Source: Candidatus Hydrogenedentota bacterium (GTDB lineage Bacteria; Hydrogenedentota; Hydrogenedentia; Hydrogenedentales; SLHB01). From it: DNA of 23,271 bases. Of the stretch, positions 7,797 through 16,333 are shown piece by piece. The stretch covers positions 1-23,271 of the forward strand of contig BTWA01000060.1 in the NCBI GenBank assembly GCA_045863295.1. The letters run 5' to 3'. Numbering within the stretch: the first letter of the stretch is position 1; each line of letters begins with the position of its first letter. The translations under genes were made by a program, and so were the position numbers. The notes under the pieces were generated by a model. That model ran no database searches. It was not told where the DNA came from and saw nothing but the letters and a program-made list of their open reading frames with translations.

Positions 7797-8620
7797 TGCG
7801 ACCGGGACACCCAAAGCTCATGCTTGCCGCTTATACAATTACTCTGATTGCGATTCTGTCTGCGTTGCTTCCCTTGGCTTGGATTCTCATGATTTCCTTA
7901 AAACCGCAACGGGAGGCTTTCGCTTTGCCTCCTTCCCTTTTCTTTGACCCCATCTTTGACAATTACGCAGCCGTGTGGCGAAAGGAGGCCTTTCGCGCGG
8001 CTTTGTTAAATTCAACCATCGTCAGCGCGCTGGGTGTCGCCATGGCCGTGTCTGCTGCAATCCCCGCGGCATATGCATTGAACCGAATTCCCTTTCGCGG
8101 CAAGCGAGCGATACTTATCTGGCTAATTATCGCCTACTTGCTCCCGGAGTTCCTCTTTATTGTCCCCATGTATAGTTTGTATCAATTTCTTGGATTATAT
8201 GACACGCGTTTCGGTCTGGCCGTCGTCTATCAGGTATTCGCCATGCCCTTCTCAGTCTGGATGATTCAAAGCTTTTTTCTGGATGTGCCACGCGAACTGG
8301 ATGATGCCGCACGCATCGACGGCTGCGGCACTCTCGGTACGCTTCGGTACGTGTATCTTCCAATGGCCGCCCCCGGTATCGCCGCCACCTGTATCCTGAC
8401 GGGTATCTGGATGTGGAACGAGCTGGCCATTGCGTTGGCACTGACGTTTCGTGATGCTCAGACAATCACAGTAGCCGTAGCGTCGTTCCGTGGATACACC
8501 GCCATCGAATGGGGGCCCATGACAGCCGCTTCCATCATCTCCATCCTGCCGATGTTGTTGGCTGCCGCCTTTCTGCAGCGTTACATCGTAAAAGGGCTCA
8601 CATTGGGCGCGGTGAAGTGA
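7793..8620 (+). CDS. Carbohydrate ABC transporter permease (MalG/UgpE-like)
   Basis: EAA loop VPRELDDAARIDG and C-terminal LQRYIVKGLTLGAVK. ATGA overlap with the upstream permease suggests translational coupling. Confidence 0.93.
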   Translation: MMRPGHPKLMLAAYTITLIAILSALLPLAWILMISLKPQREAFALPPSLFFDPIFDNYAAVWRKEAFRAALLNSTIVSALGVAMAVSAAIPAAYALNRIPFRGKRAILIWLIIAYLLPEFLFIVPMYSLYQFLGLYDTRFGLAVVYQVFAMPFSVWMIQSFFLDVPRELDDAARIDGCGTLGTLRYVYLPMAAPGIAATCILTGIWMWNELAIALALTFRDAQTITVAVASFRGYTAIEWGPMTAASIISILPMLLAAAFLQRYIVKGLTLGAVK

Positions 8621-8774
8621 CGGATCCTCCTATTCATGACCGAGTTCGTTCTAAGGATTGCTCTTGTGCTCGCAGCGGAATATTATGGAGACAATTCATT
8701 CAAGGGCGAGGCGAATACGGATCTGCAAGTGGAGCCGAGCCCGGAGAGCGCAACAATTGACCCAGGCGGCATAA

Positions 8775-10013
8775 ATGATACGTGATCTTCTCCGTTTCGT
8801 ATTTCTCTTTTGTTCCGTTTCGCCTGTTTTTGTGCTTCTTCTAACCAATGCCGCTGTAGCCGATTCCTTGCCTCGATCGGGCAAGGTGACCGGTGAGCCT
8901 TGGGTAAGGCACACGATAGACAACTCCTCCAAGGGCGCCGACGGAGTGAAGCTCGCCGATGTCAACGGCGATGGACTGCTCGATATGGCCACGGGATGGG
9001 AAGAGGGCGGCGTCGTCAAGGTCTATCTGAATCCAGGTCCATCTGGAGTGAAGAATCCGTGGCCATCGATTGCCGTGGGCCAGGTAGGCAGTCCGGAGGA
9101 CGCCGTGCTTGTGGATCTGGATGGCGACGGTGCTCTTGAAGTGATTAGTGCTACGGAAGGGGCACAGCGCATGGTCTACATTCATTGGGCACCCTCTCCC
9201 CCCGCGGACTATGGCGACGTATCCCTTTGGCATACGAGCGCGTTGCCAGCAAGTTCTGGTCGGCAATGGCTGTTTCTCCATCCATTTCAGGTCGACGGCT
9301 TGCGCGGAATTGATATAGTGGCGGGCGGCAAGAATGACGACGCATGGATTGGATGGTTCGAATGCCCGGACGACCCTCGTTCGGTTGGCGCGTGGAAATG
9401 GCATCCTTTCCATTCCGCAAACTGGATCATGACCATTTCGCAACTCGATCTGAATTCCGATCCGTTGTTGGACATCGTGTATACCGAACGTAAAGGGGAC
9501 GCACCGGGCGTATATTGGCTGCAAAACCCGGGAACCACTGGCACCGAGGAGTGGGCACGACACCCAATTGGCGGCTCTGGGCGCGAGGTGATGTTTCTGG
9601 ACACCGAAGATTTGAATTCGGACGGAAAACTCGATTTTGCCGTTGCGACACGGGACGGCGGGGTACTCGTATTTGAAGGAGCAACAAGCGCTGGAACCTG
9701 GCACGAATCGGAGATTCCGATGCCGGAGAACACGGGTACAGGAAAAGGCGTAGCCGTGGCGAATATGGATGGCGATGGCCCAAAAGAGATTGTGGTCAGC
9801 TGTGAAAATGCTCAGGATGCCCACGGCGTGTTTCTGTTCGACAAACACGAGGAGGCGTGGAATGCGCGGGCCATCAGCGGGCTTGCGGGTACCAAATTTG
9901 ATTTAGTACAACTGTTGGACTTGGACGCCGACGGTGATTTGGATGTCATTACCTGTGAGGAACGCGAGAACCTCGGCGTAATTTGGTACGAGAATCCAGC
10001 GCCACGATTGTGA
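8775..10013 (+). CDS. Secreted FG-GAP/VCBS-repeat beta-propeller protein
   Basis: Hydrophobic N-terminus and repeated Ca-binding-type motifs: DVNGDGLLD, DLDGDGALE, DLNSDPLLD, DLNSDGKLD, NMDGDGPKE, DLDADGDLD. Ends in WYENP. Confidence 0.88.
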   Translation: MIRDLLRFVFLFCSVSPVFVLLLTNAAVADSLPRSGKVTGEPWVRHTIDNSSKGADGVKLADVNGDGLLDMATGWEEGGVVKVYLNPGPSGVKNPWPSIAVGQVGSPEDAVLVDLDGDGALEVISATEGAQRMVYIHWAPSPPADYGDVSLWHTSALPASSGRQWLFLHPFQVDGLRGIDIVAGGKNDDAWIGWFECPDDPRSVGAWKWHPFHSANWIMTISQLDLNSDPLLDIVYTERKGDAPGVYWLQNPGTTGTEEWARHPIGGSGREVMFLDTEDLNSDGKLDFAVATRDGGVLVFEGATSAGTWHESEIPMPENTGTGKGVAVANMDGDGPKEIVVSCENAQDAHGVFLFDKHEEAWNARAISGLAGTKFDLVQLLDLDADGDLDVITCEERENLGVIWYENPAPRL

Positions 10014-10089
10014 ATAATACGATGCTGCTTAAACGCACGTCCGGCTGGGCCACCATGGCGAATTGACCGGACATAACGGGAGAGCGACC

Positions 10090-11475
10090 ATGACGCCTGA
10101 GTCCCAACCGACGGTAGATTCCCCTGTCTGCATTAATCGCCGCACCTTTCTGAGCTTGTCGGCCGCATGCAGTGCCGGCATAGCCGCATCGGGAGCGTAC
10201 TCAGCGCAGATTGCTTCTCCTGGCATCCAGAAACCCAATATCGTTGTAATTGTGGTGGATGATTTGGGATACGGAGACTTAAGTATTCATGGCTGCAAAG
10301 ACATCGCGACTCCACAGATCGACGCCATTGCCAACGCGGGAGTGCGCTTTACGCACGGTTACGTGTCGTGTCCCGTGTGCAGTCCGACGCGCGCGGGCCT
10401 GTTAACCGGCCGGTATCAGCAACGGTTCGGGCACGAATTTAATCCAGGACCCAACGCGGACCGATCAACTTTCGGGCTGCCAACTTCTGAAGTCACGCTT
10501 GCAAACCTACTTAAGTCGGCGGGTTACGCTACCGGCATGGTTGGCAAATGGCATCTCGGCTTCTCCGAGAGGCACGTTCCCACCGCGCGAGGCTTCGAAG
10601 AGTTCTATGGCTTTCTTGGTGGGGCGCATTCTTATCTAAAGCTTGACCCGTCAAGTCCCGACCCGATCTTTCGTGGCACCGGACCTGTAGAGGAAAAAGA
10701 GCATCTTACCGACGCATTCGCCCGCGAAGCATCTGAATACATCAAGAGACATAAAGACCATCCATTTTTTCTTTATCTTACCTTCAACGCCGTGCACAAT
10801 CCGCTGGAACCCGACCCAAGGTATCTGGAGCAGTATGCCGACATTGCAGACGAGCGACGGCGGAAGTATGCGGCGTTGCTGAAAGGTCTGGACGACGCTG
10901 TTGGACGCGTAACCGCGACACTTCGCGAGACCGGGTTGGAGGAGAATACACTGCTATTCTTCATCAGCGACAATGGCGGCCCCACTCAAAATGGGTCCAC
11001 CAACGCAACTCTCCGGGAAACGAAAGGCACGGTATTCGAAGGCGGCATACGCGTACCCTTTTTCGTCCGGTGGAAGGGCCGGTTAGCGGAAGGGGGAGTC
11101 TATGACAAACCTGTAATCGCACTCGACATTCTCCCAACCGCTGTAGCGGCCGCAAATGCGGAAATCCCTGGGGATCGCGAGTACGATGGCGTGAATCTTC
11201 TTCCCTATCTTGCGGGCACAAACAACGGGTATCCGCACGAATTATTGTATTGGCGATTCGGGGCGCAATCCGCGGTGCGCAGCAGCGACTTTAAGTTGGT
11301 GCGCCGCGACGGAGTGGAAATGCTGTTCAACCTTGTCAGCGATTCAGCGGAACGCAATGACCTTTCCAAATCGCACCCAGACGAGTTGAGTACGCTGAAA
11401 GCTGCGTATGAGCAATGGGAGTCAAAACTAATTGCACCGTTATGGGTAGGCCGAACACAGCGAGCGCGCACCTGA
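10090..11475 (+). CDS. Formylglycine-dependent (S1, Cys-type) sulfatase, arylsulfatase/GalNAc-sulfatase-like, Tat-exported
   Basis: Motifs: PNIVVIVVDDLG, CSPTRAGLLTGRY, GKWHLG, SDNGG, EGGIRVP. Tat motif NRRTFL. Likely start is ATG 10090 after GGGAGAG; the ORF track starts at 10063. Confidence 0.93.
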   Translation: MTPESQPTVDSPVCINRRTFLSLSAACSAGIAASGAYSAQIASPGIQKPNIVVIVVDDLGYGDLSIHGCKDIATPQIDAIANAGVRFTHGYVSCPVCSPTRAGLLTGRYQQRFGHEFNPGPNADRSTFGLPTSEVTLANLLKSAGYATGMVGKWHLGFSERHVPTARGFEEFYGFLGGAHSYLKLDPSSPDPIFRGTGPVEEKEHLTDAFAREASEYIKRHKDHPFFLYLTFNAVHNPLEPDPRYLEQYADIADERRRKYAALLKGLDDAVGRVTATLRETGLEENTLLFFISDNGGPTQNGSTNATLRETKGTVFEGGIRVPFFVRWKGRLAEGGVYDKPVIALDILPTAVAAANAEIPGDREYDGVNLLPYLAGTNNGYPHELLYWRFGAQSAVRSSDFKLVRRDGVEMLFNLVSDSAERNDLSKSHPDELSTLKAAYEQWESKLIAPLWVGRTQRART

Positions 11476-11521
11476 CATATCCGGATATTGACCTCTTCCA
11501 AACAGCGAGGAAAAGCTCCGC

Positions 11522-13030
11522 GTGATCACTCGAAGGGAAACTAAATCCATTACCCGCCGTAGCTATCTCGGAGGAAGTCTTGGGGCTTTGGCCACAACGG
11601 TTCTGGGCAGTGCCGCAGGCAAGGCCGCATCTCCCGAGGGTGCCAGTCCCAATATTCTGGTGATTATGTCGGACGAGCATCATGCAAAGGTAATGGGCTG
11701 TGCTGGAAATCCCATTGCACGTACACCACACCTTGATGCGCTTGCGAACCGGGGGGTGTGCTTTGAGAACGCGTATACAAACTCTCCCCTATGTGTACCA
11801 TCACGACTTTCATTTACCTCGGGCAAATACTGTTCTCATGTCGGAGGCTGGAGCAACGCCTGCTCTCTCCCGTCAGACGAGTTTCCTTCATTACCGAGGG
11901 TTCTGGCACAAGCTGGATACGAAACGGCTTTGGCCGGTAAGATGCACTATGATCGGACTCGCCACTATGGATTCGAGACACTTCTGGCGCCTCAAGGCCT
12001 GAATCAGGGCAACATGGACGGCAAGGGTCAGCGCCGGAATCCGAGCGATCTGACTCCAAGGCCCGGTATTGCAGAGCGCTTTTCAGAGTTCCATACCGGT
12101 GATACTTCGAAAGGCATGGAGCATGACAACGAAGTCACCCGTTCCGCCTCAGGTTTTATTCAAAACCGTAGTTCGACTGACCGGCCTTTCTTCCTGTTGG
12201 CGGGGTACATTACACCCCATTTCCCGCTGATCGTGCCGGATTCCTACTGGAAACCGTTTGCCGGCAAAGTGCCTCCGCCAAACCTTCCTGAAGGAATTCT
12301 GGATGCGCTGCCTCTGAATTACAGACACCTGCGCATAGGGTTTAACATGGAGGATGTGCCACCGGAAGTGGTGACCTTGGGGCGCGAGCTTTATTACGGC
12401 CTTGTGCAATGGTTCGATGAACAGGTGGGGCGGCTTCTCCACGCGCTGGATTCAAGCGGCGCGGCAGACAACACGGTTGTAATTTACACGTCGGACCACG
12501 GCGAGAATATGGGCGAACATGGATTGTGGTGGAAGAACGCGGCGTACGAAAGCGCATCTCACATCCCGCTCATTGTAAGTTGGCCCGCACGTTGGAATGG
12601 CGGACAACGCAGGACGGGCGTTTGTTCGTTGTTGGATGTGGTGCAAACCATTGTAGAACTTGCAGGTGGATCGAGGCTAACGGACTGGCACGGCGATTCT
12701 CTCGTTACTTACCTTGACGACCCCAAAGTTGACTGGAAGAACTTCGCCGTGAGTGAGTATTACGCTCACAACATCGCGTCTGGCTTCGTGATGATTCGCG
12801 AAGACACATTGAAATATGTCTATCATACCCCGCCGGGCGCGGACTACAAGGCGCAGCGCGAATTGTTTGACCTATCGGTCGATCCGGATGAATTGACAAA
12901 TCTGGCGCTGCATCCGGATCGGCTCGGAGATATGGATAGGCTACATGCCAAGCTGGTGAAGGAAGTGGGCGAAGATCCGGAGGAAACGGAACATCGCTGC
13001 CGGGCAGATTTGGCGAAAGGGTACGTGTAG
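11522..13030 (+). CDS. Formylglycine-dependent (S1, Cys-type) sulfatase, choline-sulfatase-like subgroup, Tat-exported
   Basis: Motifs: PNILVIMSDEH, NSPLCVPSR, GKMH, SDHGENMGEHGLWWK. Tat motif TRRSYL. GAGG lies upstream of the GTG start. Confidence 0.92.
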   Translation: MITRRETKSITRRSYLGGSLGALATTVLGSAAGKAASPEGASPNILVIMSDEHHAKVMGCAGNPIARTPHLDALANRGVCFENAYTNSPLCVPSRLSFTSGKYCSHVGGWSNACSLPSDEFPSLPRVLAQAGYETALAGKMHYDRTRHYGFETLLAPQGLNQGNMDGKGQRRNPSDLTPRPGIAERFSEFHTGDTSKGMEHDNEVTRSASGFIQNRSSTDRPFFLLAGYITPHFPLIVPDSYWKPFAGKVPPPNLPEGILDALPLNYRHLRIGFNMEDVPPEVVTLGRELYYGLVQWFDEQVGRLLHALDSSGAADNTVVIYTSDHGENMGEHGLWWKNAAYESASHIPLIVSWPARWNGGQRRTGVCSLLDVVQTIVELAGGSRLTDWHGDSLVTYLDDPKVDWKNFAVSEYYAHNIASGFVMIREDTLKYVYHTPPGADYKAQRELFDLSVDPDELTNLALHPDRLGDMDRLHAKLVKEVGEDPEETEHRCRADLAKGYV

Positions 13031-13135
13031 AAACGCCCTCTTCGTGGAGTGGCACCTTCTTTAAGCGAATGTGGCGAGTCTGGAACCCCGATCCCAGTCG
13101 CGCGCACTAGTACACATTGAACCGAGGGAGATCCA

Positions 13136-14974
13136 ATGAGGAAAAGGTGCTGGTGGGCGGTGCTGTATTTTCTGACTGGGTCATTCGCCGTAGAATCGCA
13201 AATGCAGGATTGGCCAACTCGGCTGGGCGATCCGGGCGGCACGCGCTACTCGGAATTGAACCAAATCAATCGGGAAAACATTGGCCGGCTTGCGGTTGCG
13301 TGGACGTACCATACCGGCGACGCCGCGGAAGGAACTAACATTGAATGCACGCCGGTGGCCATCAGCGGCCGCCTGTATCTCACTACCGCGGACGCAAAGG
13401 TGGCGTGCGTGGATGGCGACTCAGGCAACGAACTTTGGCGATTCGACACCATGGCCGTACCCAAACCCAAGGCATATCGCGAAGCGGGGCACGGAATGCG
13501 TGGCCTGAACCGTGGCGTAGGGTATTGGACAGACGGTTCGGAAGAACGAATTCTGTATGCAACCTGCGGTGGATGGTTTTTCTCCGTTGACGCAAAGTCA
13601 GGCTTACCTGATCGCGCGTTCGGAACCGATGGGATGGTAGATCTTCGTGACGGCATCGAGTGGGATACGAGTGCCGTATTCTACGGTGTCACCTCGCCCC
13701 CTACGATTTTCGAGAATTTGGCGATACTGGGATTTGCCAACGGTGAAGGCGGTCCGCCGCAAGCGCCGGGCGACATCCGGGCTTTTGACGTGCGCACCGG
13801 TGCGGAAGTCTGGCGTTTTCATACGGTACCAAGACCGGGCGAATACGGCCACGAACAATGGCCGGGCGATACGTGGAAGCAACGCGGCGGGGCCAATGCC
13901 TGGGGTGGCCTCACACTGGACGTGAAACGGGCAATGGTATTTGCAGGTACCGGTTCGACCGGCTTTGATTACCTTGGGGGCGATCGCCCGGGTGCCAACC
14001 TCTATGGCAACTGTGTGTTGGCGCTGAATGCGCGTACCGGCGAACGTGTCTGGCATTTTCAGACTGTTCACCATGACATCTGGGATCTCGATATACCTTG
14101 TCCTCCCATGCTTGTCACCATTGACCGGGATGGTGCCAGAATTGACGCCGTAGCCCAGGTCTCGAAGACAGGGTTTGTCTATGTGTTAAACCGCGACACC
14201 GGAGAATCGCTGTTCCCCATTGAGGAACGACCGGTGGCCTCGGCGGAAGGCACGCCGGAGTCGGCGTATCCGACGCAACCGTTTCCCCTGAGCCCGCCTC
14301 CGTTCTCGCGGCAGCGCTATGACGAAGCCGCTATTCCCACTTGGAGCGCGGAGGCGGAAACCTTTGTGCGCGAACAACTAAAGACGTTGCGCCACGGCGA
14401 TATCTTTACCCCTGCCGGTCATTCCGGAACCATCTATCTTCCGGGATTGCACGGGGGCGCCACTTGGGCTGCGGCGTCGTATGACCCCCGCACGCAGCGC
14501 TTGTTTGTTGGGGCCAATAATATTCCCTGGCTGGCGAAAGTGGATGAAGCCGGAATTGCCACCCAGTCTCGGTTCGTTGACCCACAGGGATATCCCGCAA
14601 TCCAACCCCCTTGGGGGACATTCAATTGTCTCAATCTCGCGAAAGGAACACTAGAGTGGCAGACACCTTTCGGCGAGTATCCTGAATTGATGGAGAAAGG
14701 CATTGCACCTACCGGGACGGAAAACTTCGGTAACAGCATCTGTACCGCAGGGGGGGTGGTGTTTGCTTCGGGAACAAAAGACGCCAAGTTCCGTGCGATG
14801 CATCCTGACACGGGCAAAGTGCTCTGGGAGCATCAATTGGAGGCGGGAGCATACGCCGGCCCGGCAACTTATATGACAGGCGGCAGGCAATTTATAGTTG
14901 TTGCCGCTGGCGGCGGGGGCAAACTGGGAACGCCGTCAGGGGATGCCTATGTGGCGTTCGCACTTCCTGAATAA
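13136..14974 (+). CDS. PQQ-dependent dehydrogenase (glucose/quinate/shikimate family beta-propeller), exported, without a heme c domain
   Basis: Signal-like N-terminus. Motifs: [77 protein letters not shown]. Confidence 0.92.
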   Translation: MRKRCWWAVLYFLTGSFAVESQMQDWPTRLGDPGGTRYSELNQINRENIGRLAVAWTYHTGDAAEGTNIECTPVAISGRLYLTTADAKVACVDGDSGNELWRFDTMAVPKPKAYREAGHGMRGLNRGVGYWTDGSEERILYATCGGWFFSVDAKSGLPDRAFGTDGMVDLRDGIEWDTSAVFYGVTSPPTIFENLAILGFANGEGGPPQAPGDIRAFDVRTGAEVWRFHTVPRPGEYGHEQWPGDTWKQRGGANAWGGLTLDVKRAMVFAGTGSTGFDYLGGDRPGANLYGNCVLALNARTGERVWHFQTVHHDIWDLDIPCPPMLVTIDRDGARIDAVAQVSKTGFVYVLNRDTGESLFPIEERPVASAEGTPESAYPTQPFPLSPPPFSRQRYDEAAIPTWSAEAETFVREQLKTLRHGDIFTPAGHSGTIYLPGLHGGATWAAASYDPRTQRLFVGANNIPWLAKVDEAGIATQSRFVDPQGYPAIQPPWGTFNCLNLAKGTLEWQTPFGEYPELMEKGIAPTGTENFGNSICTAGGVVFASGTKDAKFRAMHPDTGKVLWEHQLEAGAYAGPATYMTGGRQFIVVAAGGGGKLGTPSGDAYVAFALPE

Positions 14975-15005
14975 ATGCAGGCGCCCAATGGTTTATACTG
15001 GCGTC

Positions 15006-15995
15006 ATGCTGCGGGCGCAACCTTGGGATGCCTTTGCTGTGAAACGTGGTTTCACATTAATTGAGTTATTGGTAGTCATCGCAATTATTGGGATACTTGC
15101 GGCCATCCTGCTCCCGGCCCTCGCACGGGCACGCGAGGCGGCCCGTCGGGCGTCCTGCCAGAATAATCTCAAACAATTTGGACTTGTTCACAAACTGTAT
15201 TCCAACGAGGCATTTGGATATTTCCCCCCTTTGTCGCCGTATTGCAGCGTACGTCCGGACAGTTTTTCCTCGCCTCTTTTCAGTTCTCCTTCGGGTCACG
15301 CCATATATCCCGAATACCTGACGGACTTGGATACGGCATTTTGCCCGTCGGATTCTCAGGCCGATCCGGGATGGTTGAGTGTACAGGATCGGCTGCCGGC
15401 TGACGGCGATTTCGAGATTTGGCAAGCGGACGCAACTCAGGCGGGCGACTCCACCTCGCTTGGGTATTACATCAGTGCTGAATTGAACCGTTCATACATT
15501 TACAAGGGGTATGTAGTAACGAATCCGAACGAGTTTTACGGATTCTGGGGAGCCAGCACGGCCGGTGGCTTTCTCGGGCCGGTGCCGATTTTGGGTCTCA
15601 CGTTCGTTCGCATCAAGGACTTCACCAACAACTTGCCCCTCTCCCCTACCCCATGGCCCGCCTGGGTACCCGCGCCTCCGGATGCTACTGGGACCGCTAA
15701 CAGCGGCGTAGTACAACGGCTGCGGGACGGTGTCGAACGATTTCTTATTACGAATATCAATTCCACCGCGACAGGAGCCAAAAGCCAAAGCGCCGTGCCC
15801 ATCATGTGGGATACCTACGGCAGCAATGAGTTCAACGATAGCCGTGCCGGAACGATCGTGTTTAATCATGTGCCCGGCGGCTGCAACGTGTTGTATATGG
15901 ATGGGCATGTCAAATTTGTACGTTATCCCGGCGCGTTTCCCATTACCAACGATCCCCAAACCGTAAAAGAGAATAGCCATTACGGGCTAGGGTGA
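15006..15995 (+). CDS. Prepilin-type N-terminal cleavage/methylation protein, DUF1559 family, with C-terminal H-X9-DG motif
   Basis: [45 protein letters not shown] and C-terminal [17 protein letters not shown]. The start is uncertain (14988, 15006 or GTG 15039). The ORF-track start at 14898 overlaps the upstream gene. Confidence 0.9.
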   Translation: MLRAQPWDAFAVKRGFTLIELLVVIAIIGILAAILLPALARAREAARRASCQNNLKQFGLVHKLYSNEAFGYFPPLSPYCSVRPDSFSSPLFSSPSGHAIYPEYLTDLDTAFCPSDSQADPGWLSVQDRLPADGDFEIWQADATQAGDSTSLGYYISAELNRSYIYKGYVVTNPNEFYGFWGASTAGGFLGPVPILGLTFVRIKDFTNNLPLSPTPWPAWVPAPPDATGTANSGVVQRLRDGVERFLITNINSTATGAKSQSAVPIMWDTYGSNEFNDSRAGTIVFNHVPGGCNVLYMDGHVKFVRYPGAFPITNDPQTVKENSHYGLG

Positions 15996-16023
15996 TGCAG
16001 TAACTCCAACAAAAGGTGGCGAT

Positions 16024-16314
16024 ATGCAGTGTCCCGCATGTGAACAGACAACGCTAGTGATGTCGGAACGGCAAGGTATCGAAATTGACTATTGCCCCAA
16101 GTGCCGGGGAGTCTGGCTGGATCGCGGAGAGTTGGACAAGTTAATTGAACGATCCTTGATGGCGGAGTCTCCATCCGATCCGGCGTATTCGCCTTCCCGT
16201 CATCTTTCCTCCGATCGCTACCCGGGCTATCCGCCGCGCGAGTATATCGACGATGACGATTACCGTCGCAAGAGAAAGAAAAGCATCTGGAGAGAGATTT
16301 TCGATTTTGATTGA
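16024..16314 (+). CDS. zf-TFIIB (zinc ribbon) domain-containing small protein
   Basis: CPAC...GIEIDYCPKCRGVWLDRGELDKLIER with a basic-aromatic tail RKKSIWREIFDFD. AGGTGG lies upstream. Confidence 0.9.
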   Translation: MQCPACEQTTLVMSERQGIEIDYCPKCRGVWLDRGELDKLIERSLMAESPSDPAYSPSRHLSSDRYPGYPPREYIDDDDYRRKRKKSIWREIFDFD

Positions 16315-16333
16315 CTACCGGGTATCTGGATTT

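Noticed and set aside
8636..8785. 49-codon ORF MTEFVLRIALVLAAEYYGDNSF... between the permease and the FG-GAP gene
   Set aside because: It has no clear RBS or recognisable motif. It could be a small protein or remnant, but I cannot support that from sequence alone.
8841..9848. 335-aa minus-strand ORF
   Set aside because: It lies entirely antisense to the FG-GAP repeat gene and has no recognisable motifs.
11522..13030. Calling this gene betC (choline sulfatase)
   Set aside because: The resemblance is only at subgroup level. It has a Tat signal, no bet genes are nearby, and the substrate cannot be assigned.
14071..14094. WDLD motif in both PQQ enzymes as a possible lanthanide-binding signature
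   Set aside because: The extra Asp is diagnostic only within the XoxF/ExaF/PedH alcohol dehydrogenase clade. Glucose/quinate-type enzymes normally have W-D-x-D.
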